From positions 37,881-101,880 of the IMG/VR virus record IMGVR_UViG_3300031911_000001: a stretch of 64,000 bases of DNA. One strand, written 5' to 3'. The stretch is from a virus (Duplodnaviria; Heunggongvirae; Uroviricota; Caudoviricetes). How positions within the stretch are numbered: position 1 is the first letter of the stretch; every line of letters starts with the position of its first letter. Positions 23,843 to 33,635 of the stretch are shown here, piece after piece. A program made the translations under genes and the position numbers. The notes below the pieces were generated by a model. It was not told where the DNA came from, did not search any database, and saw nothing but the letters and a program-made list of their open reading frames with translations.

Positions 23843-25699
23843 TTGAAATTTGGCTACCCGGAAGAAAGAAAGATGCTCGACTGCACCATTAAACTCAAAC
23901 CAGACAATGACAAGCTATTCGACGACCATGGACTAACCCGGCTCAAGACCGGCTACATGCGAGAAGATGAACAATCACCTCAACAACGATTCGCTTACGT
24001 CGCCCGATCCTTTGGATCAAACCCAGAACATGCTCAACGAATCTACGGATACGCCAGTGACTTCTGGCTCAGCTTCTCGACCCCGCTAGCCGCATTCGGC
24101 AAGCACAAGAAGGGTCTACCTGTCAGCTGTTTCCTTTCACCCATCCATGATACGACGGACTCACTGATCGAGACGTCAACCGAAACCCGCCGCATGACAG
24201 TCGGTGGCGGTGGTGTCGGTCTCTACATGGGGATGCGCGAGAAGGACGACAAGTCAACTGGTATCTTGGCCCACGCCAAGACCTACAACGCTGACACCCG
24301 TGCCTATAAGCAAGCAAAGACCCGCCGTGGTGCGTATGCGATGTATGTCGATGACAGTCACCCCGAGATCATGGAAGTGCTCGACGCCCGGAACCCGACC
24401 GGTGGCGATGCCAACCAGAAGGTCCTGGACATGCACGTCGGCGTCAACTACAGTGACGACTTCATGAAGCGTGTGCTGGAGCTCTCGACCAACCCGAACC
24501 TGACCAAGGCCGAACAGGACGCACTGGACAATTGGCCCTTGATCTCCCCGAAGGAACGACGTATCGTCGGTCATGAGTCGGTGAAGAAAATCTGGATGAA
24601 GCACATCGAGAACCGTGTGTCTATCGGTGGTGAGCCGTACATGCACTTCATCGATACGACGAATCGCTTCCTGCCTGAGTACCAGAAGGCTCTCGGCCTC
24701 CGTGCCTATCAATCGAACCTGTGTACCGAGATCACCCTGCCCGTAGGCAAGGACATCTTGGGCGGTGACCGTGCTGCCATCTGCTGCCTGAGCTCGCTCA
24801 ATCTGAGCAAGTGGAATGAGTGGAAGGATCACCCGACCTTCATCGCAGACGTCGTTGAGTTCCTCGACAACGTGATTCAGTATTTCATCGACGAAGCCAG
24901 CAAGCAAAAGGGCTACGAGCGTGCTGTCTACTCTGCTACCCGTGAGCGTGCTATTGGTATCGGTGGCCTCGGCTGGCATGATCTGCTTCAACAGATGAAC
25001 CTGCCGTTCGCATCCCCGATGGCTGTCGGTCTGAACATGCAGATTTGGAAGCACATCAAGGAACAGGCGATGGCGGCCAATATCCGTCTCGCTGAGGAAC
25101 GCGGACCGTGCCCGGATAGTAAGGGTAGTGCAACCCCCGTCCGTTGCTCCCACCTGCTTGCCATTGCTCCGAATGCATCGTCATCGATCATCTTGGGCAC
25201 ATCGCCGAGCATCGAGCCGTTCAACGCCAATGCCTACGGTGAAAAGGGTCTCAACGGTTACTTCGTCGCCAAGAACCACAACCTCGAGAAGCTGCTTGAG
25301 ACCAAGGGTTTCAACGACGAAAAGACGTGGAAGTCCATCGTCGCCAATGACGGATCAGTACAGCACCTCGATTGCCTCGACGACTGGGAGAAGGACGTCT
25401 ACAAGACCTTCCTGGAGATTGACCAACGTTGGGTCGTGCAACAAGCGGCAGATCGTCAAGTCCACATCTGTCAAGCACAATCGGTGAATCTGGCATTCCG
25501 TCCGACTGCCCGCATTGAAGAGATTTCAATGATTCACTTGATGGCATGGAGACTGGGCCTCAAGAGCCTGTACTATGCCCGTTCCGCTTCTGGTTCCAAA
25601 GCCAAGGTAGGTAAGAAGACTGAGAGAGCAGAAATGATTGACTTGGAAGCATTGAAGAATGCCATCCAGGAAGACAGCGTCTGCGTTGCGTGCGAATAA
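23843..25699 (+). CDS. nrdA: ribonucleoside-diphosphate reductase large subunit (class I NrdA), no ATP-cone
   Basis: NLCTEITLP, CLSSLNL and C-terminal CVACE motifs. 618 aa. No intron or intein apparent. Confidence 0.85.
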   Translation: MKFGYPEERKMLDCTIKLKPDNDKLFDDHGLTRLKTGYMREDEQSPQQRFAYVARSFGSNPEHAQRIYGYASDFWLSFSTPLAAFGKHKKGLPVSCFLSPIHDTTDSLIETSTETRRMTVGGGGVGLYMGMREKDDKSTGILAHAKTYNADTRAYKQAKTRRGAYAMYVDDSHPEIMEVLDARNPTGGDANQKVLDMHVGVNYSDDFMKRVLELSTNPNLTKAEQDALDNWPLISPKERRIVGHESVKKIWMKHIENRVSIGGEPYMHFIDTTNRFLPEYQKALGLRAYQSNLCTEITLPVGKDILGGDRAAICCLSSLNLSKWNEWKDHPTFIADVVEFLDNVIQYFIDEASKQKGYERAVYSATRERAIGIGGLGWHDLLQQMNLPFASPMAVGLNMQIWKHIKEQAMAANIRLAEERGPCPDSKGSATPVRCSHLLAIAPNASSSIILGTSPSIEPFNANAYGEKGLNGYFVAKNHNLEKLLETKGFNDEKTWKSIVANDGSVQHLDCLDDWEKDVYKTFLEIDQRWVVQQAADRQVHICQAQSVNLAFRPTARIEEISMIHLMAWRLGLKSLYYARSASGSKAKVGKKTERAEMIDLEALKNAIQEDSVCVACE

Positions 25700-25712
25700 G
25701 GAATTAGAGAGA

Positions 25713-26726
25713 ATGGCAACCAAGAAAGCAAAGCTAGACATTTTCGGAACCCGGGACGGGTACAGACCGTTCCACTTCCCGAAATACTTCGAGATGTACA
25801 AGGCCCACCGGGCCGCAGACTGGACCCCAGAGGAAGCCCCTCTGAATGACGACATCTATCAATGGCAGAAGGTCCTGGACGAGGGCGAAAAGAACTTCCT
25901 GACCCATATCTTCCGGTTCTTCACACAGGCCGACGTCGATGTGGCTGGTGCGTACGCAACCCACTACCTCCCACGGTTCAAGCACCCTGAAATCCGCATG
26001 ATGATGCTGGACTTCGCTGCCCGTGAGGCTGTCCACATCGATGCCTACTCGGGCCTTGTGGATCAACTGGGGATGCCGGAGACCACCTATCAAGCCTTCC
26101 TCGAATACGAGGCGATGGCGGAGAAACACGACTACATCTCGAAGTTTGGTGGCGACACCATCGAGGACTTGATCAAGCAGATGTTCGTCTTCTCGGTGTT
26201 CACCGAAGGGATGGCCCTGTTCAGCTCCTTTGTGATGCTGCTCAACTTCCAACGTTTCGGCAAGATGCCAGGCATGTGCACCCGAGTCGAGTGGTCCATC
26301 CGTGACGAGAACCTACACTTCAACGGCATGGTCGAACTCTTCAAGGACGTCGTCCGCCAGAACAAGGAAGTCTGGACCGACGAACTGAAGGCCGAGCTCT
26401 ACGATATTGCCGAGAAGATGATCGAACTTGAAGACAAGTTCATTGATCTGGCCTTTGAGCTTGGTCCACGTGAAGGACTGACCGTTGATGAAATGAAGCA
26501 GTACATTAGATACATCGGCAATAGTCGACTTCACATGGCTGGCCTCAAGAACGTTCTCAAGTGGAACGGTAAGGTCGTCAGGGAGAACCCGATGCCATGG
26601 GTCGAAGAAATGCTGAACCTTCCTATCCACACTAACTTCTTTGAAGCCCGTGTGACGGAATACTCTAAGGGAACCCTGACCGGTTCGTGGGACAACTTTT
26701 GGGCTAAGCCCGTGGAAAGCAACTGA
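25713..26726 (+). CDS. nrdB: ribonucleoside-diphosphate reductase small subunit (NrdB)
   Basis: Start MATKKAKLDIFG with RBS agagaga (track ORF 25659..26726). Di-iron ligand pattern EAVH...ENLHF. Uninterrupted. Confidence 0.85.
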   Translation: MATKKAKLDIFGTRDGYRPFHFPKYFEMYKAHRAADWTPEEAPLNDDIYQWQKVLDEGEKNFLTHIFRFFTQADVDVAGAYATHYLPRFKHPEIRMMMLDFAAREAVHIDAYSGLVDQLGMPETTYQAFLEYEAMAEKHDYISKFGGDTIEDLIKQMFVFSVFTEGMALFSSFVMLLNFQRFGKMPGMCTRVEWSIRDENLHFNGMVELFKDVVRQNKEVWTDELKAELYDIAEKMIELEDKFIDLAFELGPREGLTVDEMKQYIRYIGNSRLHMAGLKNVLKWNGKVVRENPMPWVEEMLNLPIHTNFFEARVTEYSKGTLTGSWDNFWAKPVESN

Positions 26727-27244
26727 TGGCAAAATTGAAGACAGCAGAGAAGGCAATCGTTCTGGGCGGCATTCTCGAGAAGTTCGACTACAAGGTCGAC
26801 ATCAAACACGATGCCGAGAAGATCAAATACTTCGTCGAATGCCCGGACTTTGTGTTCATGCTCGGCATCCACGGTCAACAAGACGGCTACGCTGTCCATG
26901 TGATGGCCGATGCAGCCATTGCCATCTATGTGATGGAGACCGTCAACCGTTCGGTCCCGGGTCTGGTTGGCTACGGCCCATTTGCCCGTGATCCCGATGC
27001 CGGTGGCCGCTTTGCTCAGGGTGAACGTGCTCTGGAGATCAAGGAGTCGCTGATCATGTACGTGGCGAATCAGATCATCCAGAAGCGCCTTCAGGCCGAG
27101 AAGAACAAGGATGCAATCGAAGGCGAAGTGAAGACGGTTGCTACCGAGCCTATCCCGGTCGGGATCGTGGGTGCCGACGGCAATGTGATCCGTGACAAGG
27201 CAGTAACCGCCGACGAACGTGGTTCGATCATCATCGCAGCCTGA
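26726..27244 (+). CDS. hypothetical protein (172 aa)
   Basis: ORF. Confidence 0.55.
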   Translation: MAKLKTAEKAIVLGGILEKFDYKVDIKHDAEKIKYFVECPDFVFMLGIHGQQDGYAVHVMADAAIAIYVMETVNRSVPGLVGYGPFARDPDAGGRFAQGERALEIKESLIMYVANQIIQKRLQAEKNKDAIEGEVKTVATEPIPVGIVGADGNVIRDKAVTADERGSIIIAA

Positions 27245-27246
27245 CC

Positions 27247-27714
27247 ATGAACATCAAGTCAATCATCGCTGACTTGGTCGCCGATCTTATTTTTCGGCGC
27301 ACCGTCCGCATCATCAACGGATCAAACCGCAACAGCGGGGACATTGCATGGTTGAGTGACCACTGCACCATGTGGCTGAACGCCGGTCGTAGTGCAGGTC
27401 ATACGACTGCTGTCTATGAATTGTTCAACAAGGAACAGGACATTGCGATCGTCGGCAACAGCATGTGGAAGCGTGAGTATGAGTCCAATCAGATTCCTGC
27501 AGAACGTGTCTTCGACAAGACTTTCAACGGAGCATTGGGAGCACGTCAGAAGGCCCTACTCTCAAGGGATTCGATTGTCTGGGTCGATGCCGCCAGCTGG
27601 TGGTGCAAGCCCAAGGAACTCGAAGACCTCTACTTTGCCATCATCGGTGAAGTCGGCTACCGTCATGCAGAAGATCGGTGGGACCACTACCCCGTCATCG
27701 TCCTCTTGGGCTAA
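27247..27714 (+). CDS. hypothetical protein (155 aa)
   Basis: ORF. Confidence 0.55.
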   Translation: MNIKSIIADLVADLIFRRTVRIINGSNRNSGDIAWLSDHCTMWLNAGRSAGHTTAVYELFNKEQDIAIVGNSMWKREYESNQIPAERVFDKTFNGALGARQKALLSRDSIVWVDAASWWCKPKELEDLYFAIIGEVGYRHAEDRWDHYPVIVLLG

Positions 27715-27723
27715 GGAGCTCGT

Positions 27724-27993
27724 ATGTTCCCAATCTATGTCGTCAGTGCCTACAAATACGGCAAGAACGATGACCATTCGTACTTGGTCGGTCTTACTTC
27801 AGACCCGGTGCAGGCCATCCGGTTTGCTGACGTCGAGGAAGATCGACGTGGCAACAAGTACGAATGTGAGATCGTCTGTTTCGATACTCCGACGACCTAC
27901 AGCGTGATCAGAGCCCTGAAACGAGAGGGCAACTACCCGACGCCCGGTAGGCAGAGCAGCTTCTCCGCTGACGTCGATCACGCACTGGTCTAA
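27724..27993 (+). CDS. hypothetical protein (89 aa)
   Basis: ORF. Confidence 0.5.
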   Translation: MFPIYVVSAYKYGKNDDHSYLVGLTSDPVQAIRFADVEEDRRGNKYECEIVCFDTPTTYSVIRALKREGNYPTPGRQSSFSADVDHALV

Positions 27994-28053
27994 GTAGACA
28001 CCTGAAATTGAGCCTGTTAACTATCCCGTATATCAAACACGGGATAGTTAGAC

Positions 28054-28233
28054 ATGACAACAAAATCTCTCCTGAGACACGACCTAACGTGTTTCAACTG
28101 CCAAGAAAACTACATCGTCCTCCTCAGCGTTGACTCCGAGGCCGAACCGACCAATTGCCCGATCTGTGGAAGCACTGAGATCGGAGCATATGGCTCGGAA
28201 CGCCCGGTTGATCCAGACGAGGAAATTGGATGA
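28054..28233 (+). CDS. small zinc-ribbon protein (59 aa)
   Basis: MTTKSLLRHDLTCFNCQENYIVLLSVDSEAEPTNCPICGSTEIG... (CxxC x2). Preceded by hairpin ctatcccgt...acgggatag. Confidence 0.5.
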   Translation: MTTKSLLRHDLTCFNCQENYIVLLSVDSEAEPTNCPICGSTEIGAYGSERPVDPDEEIG

Positions 28234-28805
28234 TCTTCGCAGGCATCGACTATTCCTACACGTCACCGGGCATTTGCATCTATGACGATGTGCTGGACCC
28301 GACGTTCGACAACCTCCTGTTCTTCAATCTGATGGAAGATGCCAACCGCAATTCCATCAAGAAGGCAGGCGTCTATGGCAACATCAGGATCGACCTTCGC
28401 AAGAAGTGGACCTGTGCAGAGGAACGCTACTTTTACAACGCCGAGTGGACGTGCAAGATTCTTGCCGATCACAAGGTAGAACAGGTTGCGATTGAAGGCT
28501 ATGCCATGGGTGCCCGTGCTGGTCTGGTCTTCAACATTGCCGAGAACACGTCGCTTGTCAAGCAGTATATGTTCCACAATGGAATCGCCTTTGAGACGCC
28601 TGCGCCTACCTCGGTCAAGAAGTCCTTCACCGGGAAGGGCAATGCCAAGAAGGAACAGATGGTAGATCGATTCCATGAAATCTTCCCTCATATACAGTTG
28701 GATAAGGTATTGGGTACGAAGGAATATGCGAAACCAATCGATGACCTCGTAGACGGCTTTGCCAACATGACGACACACAGTAAGCTAGAGAGGAAATTTG
28801 CATGA
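28230..28805 (+). CDS. RuvC-like Holliday junction resolvase (putative)
   Basis: N-terminal GIDYSYTSPGICIYDD and VAIEGYAMGARAG resemble the RuvC/phage resolvase catalytic motifs. Confidence 0.45.
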   Translation: MIFAGIDYSYTSPGICIYDDVLDPTFDNLLFFNLMEDANRNSIKKAGVYGNIRIDLRKKWTCAEERYFYNAEWTCKILADHKVEQVAIEGYAMGARAGLVFNIAENTSLVKQYMFHNGIAFETPAPTSVKKSFTGKGNAKKEQMVDRFHEIFPHIQLDKVLGTKEYAKPIDDLVDGFANMTTHSKLERKFA

Positions 28806-29038
28806 CCGACCTTATGTTGATCAACATCATCGCTGCCATCGGCACAGCCGCAGGGTTCATCCATCTCTGCACCGATTTGACCAACCGCTTGATGTGGACG
28901 CTGGCGATGGCAGGAAACAAGATGGGTGACGACCAAGCCGAAGCCGAAGAGTCTGGCTACCCGCTGGTCCTCGTCAGGGACTATTGGTGGTTCGCCCTCA
29001 GCCTCGGATACGTGATTTACGCTGGAGTTTTTAAGTGA
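28802..29038 (+). CDS. small membrane protein (78 aa)
   Basis: ATGA overlap. Two hydrophobic segments. Confidence 0.5.
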   Translation: MTDLMLINIIAAIGTAAGFIHLCTDLTNRLMWTLAMAGNKMGDDQAEAEESGYPLVLVRDYWWFALSLGYVIYAGVFK

Positions 29039-29499
29039 TCAATGAAGTAGACAAAAAATTCAACCGGTTGACGACGCTCGTAGAGCTACTCGACTATGCT
29101 GCCGTCCCCGATCTGATCGAGGAACGGGTGGTCCGTCTCAAGGAGATTGCGGAGGTGTTCCCCACCTTCAAGACCTTCCTGAAGATGGCCCACAGCCAAC
29201 TGAACGGCCTGGAGTACCTTACCCCTTACTACCAGAACAAGCCCGTTACGAAGACCGCAAACCGCCAAGAGATTGGCTTCGAAGAGTTCTTCAAGCGCCA
29301 CCTGAGCCACCTGTTGCCTTCGGCAGGAGGCACCCCGGACATTCGTAGGTCCAAGTTCGCGAGGATTGCCGACTTCCTGGAACCACGGGACTTTGAGCTG
29401 ATTGCCCCTGCGCTGCAAGGTCAGTTCGCATACAATAACCCCAAGATCAACGCACTGGCGCTGAAGCTGGCCTTCCCGAATCTCTTCCCAAACGCATAA
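29035..29499 (+). CDS. hypothetical protein (154 aa)
   Basis: ORF. Confidence 0.55.
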   Translation: MINEVDKKFNRLTTLVELLDYAAVPDLIEERVVRLKEIAEVFPTFKTFLKMAHSQLNGLEYLTPYYQNKPVTKTANRQEIGFEEFFKRHLSHLLPSAGGTPDIRRSKFARIADFLEPRDFELIAPALQGQFAYNNPKINALALKLAFPNLFPNA

Positions 29500-29563
29500 A
29501 GCTGCACCTGACCTTGAGAATCAGGGAAGCTATGTGGAACCGCTCTTGGAAGATGCTTCTATA

Positions 29564-29596
29564 ATGCCCCTGAGCTCAACCGGGGCATTTTCATTT
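29564..29596 (+). terminator. rho-independent terminator
   Basis: atgcccc-tgagctcaac-cggggcat followed by tttcattt. Confidence 0.6.
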
Positions 29597-29601
29597 AGAT
29601 G

Positions 29602-29629
29602 TTGACAGACCTTCAAACCTCTATACACT
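29602..29629 (+). promoter_or_regulatory. sigma70-like promoter TTGACA-N16-TACACT
   Basis: gttgacagaccttcaaacctctatacact, upstream of 29676 gene with AAGGAG RBS. Confidence 0.55.
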
Positions 29630-29675
29630 ACGGACTTGTTACTTGAACTTGTTTTAATTTTTAAGGAGTTTGAAA

Positions 29676-30368
29676 ATGTCCAATGTCATTCTGAGTCTCG
29701 TGTCTCCCGAAGGTACTGTGCGCGTCGATTTCATCGAGGGTGAAAACTCCGGTGACATGCTGCAGAAGGTCGAACAGGCCCTGACCGAACATCCCCTGAT
29801 CCCCAAGCTGGGTCGTGGATCGGTCAAGGACATGATCTACGGTCGCAAGACCACGGTCAGCGGCTGGCACGTCGAGAAGGACGGCAAGAACCTCGCAGAC
29901 GGCAGCAAGTCGGTGCCCAATTCGATCCCGGTGACGGTGATCGGTGCGGTTGCTGATGGTACGGTGGCAACGACCCCCGATGCAGGCAAGGAAGCAACGA
30001 AGCCGGCCGACACGCTGCCTTCGAGCCCCGAGGCCTCCACCGTGAAGCACGCTGCCAAGAAGACCCGCAAGCCGCGTACCGCCAAGACGACTGCTGCTCC
30101 GGCCGCTGTCAAGACGGGTCGCCGCGAGAAGGTCTACAAGCTCGGTCCCAAGGTGGCCGAAATGACCAGCCGTGGAATGATCGCCAAGATCGTCGAACTG
30201 GTCAAGCAGGGCAAGAACACGAAGTCGCAGATCATCGCGGCCCTGCCCGGCATGAACAAGTCGACCATCCAACACGAAATCTGCATGGCTGGTCCGGCTT
30301 TCCGCAACTACATCGCCATCGACGAAGAAGCGACGGCGAAGGCGGCCCAAGAAAGCCAGACCGTCTGA
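29676..30368 (+). CDS. hypothetical protein (230 aa) with Lys/Ala-rich central region
   Basis: ATG 29676 after AAGGAG RBS (track ORF begins at TTG 29670). Confidence 0.6.
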   Translation: MSNVILSLVSPEGTVRVDFIEGENSGDMLQKVEQALTEHPLIPKLGRGSVKDMIYGRKTTVSGWHVEKDGKNLADGSKSVPNSIPVTVIGAVADGTVATTPDAGKEATKPADTLPSSPEASTVKHAAKKTRKPRTAKTTAAPAAVKTGRREKVYKLGPKVAEMTSRGMIAKIVELVKQGKNTKSQIIAALPGMNKSTIQHEICMAGPAFRNYIAIDEEATAKAAQESQTV

Positions 30369-30394
30369 TCCCGGGGTAACCCGGTGTTAGAAGC

Positions 30395-30422
30395 AGGGGA
30401 CGATTAAGTCCCCTTCTTTTTG
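30395..30422 (+). terminator. rho-independent terminator
   Basis: aggggac-gattaa-gtcccct followed by tcttttt. Confidence 0.65.
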
Positions 30423-30468
30423 CCCTGAGTTGTAAAGTAACAACAATCTTACTGAATGTTTAAAATTG

Positions 30469-30497
30469 TTGTTGCGGACTCAAAAAGATCATACAAT
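30469..30497 (+). promoter_or_regulatory. sigma70-like promoter TTGTTG-N17-TACAAT
   Basis: ttgttgcggactcaaaaagatcatacaat. Leader contains caacaaacc...ggagg, reminiscent of the conserved leader. Confidence 0.5.
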
Positions 30498-30547
30498 AGT
30501 GACACCACAAACCATGTGGCAATCAACAAACCCTGGAGGTATTCATC

Positions 30548-31384
30548 ATGAAGCGTAATCTTTCTTTCCTCGTGGCAGTGGCCACACTGGCAATCTCGTC
30601 TGCAGCCTTTGCCACTCCCGGCAACAACGGCAATGGCGGTGGTGGTTGCGGCAACGGCCAAACGACAAACGGTTGCCCAGGCAATCAGCCCGGCCCTCAA
30701 GGCCCGCAGGGTCCACAAGGTCCAGTCGGTCCACAAGGTCCAGTCGGTCCACAAGGTCCGCAGGGTCCGGTAGGTGCAACTGGTCCCCAAGGCCCGCAAG
30801 GAGCAACGGGAGCAACTGGCGCCACCGGCGCTACGGGTGCCCAAGGCGTTGCTGGTCGTGACGGAACCAACGGTACGAACGGCCGTGATGGTGTCAATGG
30901 AACCAATGGCGTCAACGGTACGAACGGGACCAATGGTCGAGACGGTGCGGCCGGACGTGATGGAGCCGATGGTGTTGCTGGTGCCACTGGCGCTACCGGT
31001 GCTCAGGGCGTCCAAGGCGAACGCGGCCTGCAGGGTGAAAACGCCCCGGATGCTGTGACCGTCCAACAGATGACCAGCACGGTGGCAGCGGCTCAAGCCC
31101 AAACCCAGATGCAGATCAACGGGCTCCGTGACGAAATCCAAGGCGTTGCCAAGGCTGCCTATTCGGGTGTTGCCGCAGCGATGGCCCTGCAGATGCCTTC
31201 GATCAATCCGAACAAGCCGGATGCACTGGTGATGCGCATGGGCGTGGGCACCTACAAGGGCCAGTCGGCGGTGGGCATCAGCTTCCGTCGAAGCAACAAG
31301 GCCGGTGACTGGTCGGTGACGGGTGGCGTGTCCCATACTTCCCACGGTACGGCGGCTGCTCTGGGCATTGAACACTCCTTCTAA
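30548..31384 (+). CDS. secreted collagen-like (Gly-X-Y) protein with YadA-like C-terminal beta-barrel anchor (trimeric-autotransporter-like)
   Basis: Signal peptide [22 protein letters not shown]. About 40 GXY triplets ([19 protein letters not shown]...[10 protein letters not shown]). C-terminal [15 protein letters not shown]...[47 protein letters not shown] ending in Phe, like YadA/TAA membrane anchors. Confidence 0.65.
   Translation: MKRNLSFLVAVATLAISSAAFATPGNNGNGGGGCGNGQTTNGCPGNQPGPQGPQGPQGPVGPQGPVGPQGPQGPVGATGPQGPQGATGATGATGATGAQGVAGRDGTNGTNGRDGVNGTNGVNGTNGTNGRDGAAGRDGADGVAGATGATGAQGVQGERGLQGENAPDAVTVQQMTSTVAAAQAQTQMQINGLRDEIQGVAKAAYSGVAAAMALQMPSINPNKPDALVMRMGVGTYKGQSAVGISFRRSNKAGDWSVTGGVSHTSHGTAAALGIEHSF
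30655..31045 (+). repeat. tandem Gly-X-Y coding repeats (collagen-like triplets)
   Basis: Repeated ggtccacaaggtccagtcggtcca... units within the CDS. Confidence 0.8.
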
Positions 31385-31404
31385 ACCAGATCGTTGATCC
31401 TAGA

Positions 31405-31427
31405 GGGTCACTACAATGTGACCTTTT
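31405..31427 (+). terminator. rho-independent terminator
   Basis: gggtcac-tacaat-gtgacc followed by tttt. Confidence 0.55.
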
Positions 31428-31441
31428 AGGAGTCAAACAAA

Positions 31442-31618
31442 ATGGTTCGTCAGGTAGTTTTGTTCATTCTGTTGTGGGCCCTGCTTTGGGCGGGACTCTC
31501 AACGTGGCGCAAGTGGAAGGTCAAGTCGGCCTTCAACTGGTCCAAAACACTGGGTCTTAGCGGGTTGGCCGCCGTCTTGACCTTCATTCTTCTGGCTGTG
31601 TTCGTACAAGTATTCTAA
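31442..31618 (+). CDS. small membrane protein (58 aa)
   Basis: MVRQVVLFILLWALLWAGLSTWRKWKVKSAFNWSKTLGLSGLAAVLTFILLAVFVQVF. RBS ttaggag. Confidence 0.5.
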   Translation: MVRQVVLFILLWALLWAGLSTWRKWKVKSAFNWSKTLGLSGLAAVLTFILLAVFVQVF

Positions 31619-31628
31619 GGAACTTCCA

Positions 31629-32423
31629 ATGAAACGTCTCTCGATCCTCTTCGCAGCCCTCGTGCTGATGGTCCTCTCGGCATGTACCCGAATCGAAACC
31701 GGTGAAGTCGGCGTCCGTACCGATTTTCGCAAACAGGTTGTGATGGAAGAGTTGCCCGCTGGCTCCATGAACCAGACCATCATCGGCGACGTTCACACGT
31801 TCCCGGTGCGTGACCTGTCCCTGCATCGCAAGATCAACCCCCAAGCCGGTGACAACAGCACCCTCAAGAACTTCGAGTACACCGTCGTCTACAGCATCAG
31901 TGCTGGCGCAGCGGCCGAACTCTGGGCCAACAAGTCCCGTCAATTCCATGGCCGTGAGCAAGACGGTGACGTGCTGCTGATGTGGAACTACGTGCAGAAC
32001 ATTGCCGACAACTCTGCCCAGAAGGCTGTTCGCAAGCATCGCTCCCTCGTCCTCAACGACAACCGTGCGCAGATCGAGCAGGACATCAAGACCTTCATGA
32101 CCGAGAAGCTGGTTGAAGAAAAGCTCCAGAACTCGATCATCATTTCGCAGGTTCAGATGAACGCCGCTCTGGCAGCCGATGACATCGTCGAGTCCGCCAA
32201 CCGTGCGATCCGAGCCGAGAACGACCTGAAGACCAAGATGACCGAGGTCCAGACGGCCGAGCAGGAAGCCAAGCGCATTGCCATGCTCAACAGCAACGCC
32301 AAGGCGATCGAGTACATGAATGCTCAGTCGATGATGACCATTGCCGAGGCAGTGAAGGCCGGCAAGGTGAGCACCATCGTCATCCCCTACGACTTCAAGG
32401 GCATGGTCAACATCACCAAGTAA
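31629..32423 (+). CDS. lipoprotein with SPFH/band-7-like domain
   Basis: Lipobox LSAC after signal peptide. Coiled-coil/SPFH-like region. Confidence 0.5.
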   Translation: MKRLSILFAALVLMVLSACTRIETGEVGVRTDFRKQVVMEELPAGSMNQTIIGDVHTFPVRDLSLHRKINPQAGDNSTLKNFEYTVVYSISAGAAAELWANKSRQFHGREQDGDVLLMWNYVQNIADNSAQKAVRKHRSLVLNDNRAQIEQDIKTFMTEKLVEEKLQNSIIISQVQMNAALAADDIVESANRAIRAENDLKTKMTEVQTAEQEAKRIAMLNSNAKAIEYMNAQSMMTIAEAVKAGKVSTIVIPYDFKGMVNITK

Positions 32424-32432
32424 GAGGCCACC

Positions 32433-32774
32433 ATGGAACACCCGATTCAACACCCTCTGTGCCTCGAAATCCTGAAGACCGGCCTTACCTTCGAAGCCTA
32501 CAGTGACAGCATCGGGATTCACGGGTTCAGTAAGGCTGGCCAAGCGAGGCTCTACCTTGATCCTGCAGACCCAAGTCGCCTCGTAGCCCATACCCGCTAC
32601 GGGGAGACAGAGCTGATCTACACGGTCAGGGACCTCGTGGAGTTGTCGTTGAAGTGGTGGAGGAGGTATGCAGATTGGGGATATGAATGCCCTCCAAACT
32701 TCAAACCGCTGTTCGTAAGTCTGGGGTTGGTCAAGATCGAGACGATAACGACAGAGAAGACGGTCTTCATTTAA
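32433..32774 (+). CDS. hypothetical protein (113 aa)
   Basis: ORF. Confidence 0.5.
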   Translation: MEHPIQHPLCLEILKTGLTFEAYSDSIGIHGFSKAGQARLYLDPADPSRLVAHTRYGETELIYTVRDLVELSLKWWRRYADWGYECPPNFKPLFVSLGLVKIETITTEKTVFI

Positions 32775-32794
32775 TCGTCAACTTTACAAAAGAA

Positions 32795-32820
32795 AAGCCA
32801 CCTTCGGGTGGTTTCTTGTT
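32795..32820 (+). terminator. rho-independent terminator
   Basis: aaagccacc-ttcg-ggtggtttc followed by ttgtt. Confidence 0.65.
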
Positions 32821-32879
32821 GCGTGCCGTTATCAATGAACATATAATTGTGACATCGAAACCCACTTGGAGAAGTGAAG
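32819..32879 (+). promoter_or_regulatory. conserved early promoter + leader, copy 3 (TTGCGT-N18-TATAAT...CCACTTGGAGAAGTGAAGATG)
   Basis: Seen in sequence. Confidence 0.6.
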
Positions 32880-33086
32880 ATGATTACCCTTAACGCACAA
32901 AACAGGTTCAACAACCACACGGTCACCGGTGCTACCGAACTTGAATGTATCAAGGCGATGGGTGATCTCATGGACCTTGCTTTTTCTCATCGTAAGGTCT
33001 GGTCTTCTTACAACAAGATTTTCACCAGTGTTCGCCGATTCCACAATTGGATGACCAAGGCAAACTGGACCGTCACCTGGAGTTAA
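32880..33086 (+). CDS. small early protein (68 aa)
   Basis: ATG 32880 after the leader (track starts at GTG 32874). Confidence 0.55.
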   Translation: MITLNAQNRFNNHTVTGATELECIKAMGDLMDLAFSHRKVWSSYNKIFTSVRRFHNWMTKANWTVTWS

Positions 33087-33089
33087 ATC

Positions 33090-33389
33090 ATGGCAACCAG
33101 AAACCAACAAAGCCAAGAGCTAGCAAAGGCTCTGAAGGCGATAGAGGCCGTCGATGTACTGCCCCCATACGTTACCCCTCCCACGGAGCCGGAGGCTGCT
33201 GTAGCACCGTTTACCGAGGCGCAGGAAACCCGTATAAAGGAGCTGTTCGAAGAGGTTCTGCGCGAGAAGCTCAGCATCTACCTCGAGACCCGCCGCGGCT
33301 CGTGGGGTGACAGCCCAAGTGTCTCGGTTTCCCTCAAGTTCGACGATCAGGAGTTTAGCTCCTCCAAAGACTCCATCATCACCGACTGA
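33090..33389 (+). CDS. hypothetical acidic protein (99 aa)
   Basis: ORF. Confidence 0.55.
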   Translation: MATRNQQSQELAKALKAIEAVDVLPPYVTPPTEPEAAVAPFTEAQETRIKELFEEVLREKLSIYLETRRGSWGDSPSVSVSLKFDDQEFSSSKDSIITD

Positions 33390-33400
33390 AAGGAAAGACC

Positions 33401-33634
33401 ATGACCGAAGAGCAAGAAATCAAGATGTACGGCAGCACCGTCGTCGACATGCAAAACTCAGTCGAGAACTCCCTGTCGGTCAAGATCGATGGGGCTGGCG
33501 GCTACCCAATGGTCGTTGCATCTATGATGTCTGACGCACAGGAGCTCATTGCCATGGGCCAAAGCGAAGAAGCCCGCCAGATGCTCAATTGCGCCAAGTG
33601 GGTGCTGTTCACCTACATCATGAAGAGGCGCTGA
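33401..33634 (+). CDS. hypothetical protein (77 aa)
   Basis: ORF with RBS aaggaaag. Confidence 0.5.
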   Translation: MTEEQEIKMYGSTVVDMQNSVENSLSVKIDGAGGYPMVVASMMSDAQELIAMGQSEEARQMLNCAKWVLFTYIMKRR

Positions 33635-33635
33635 G

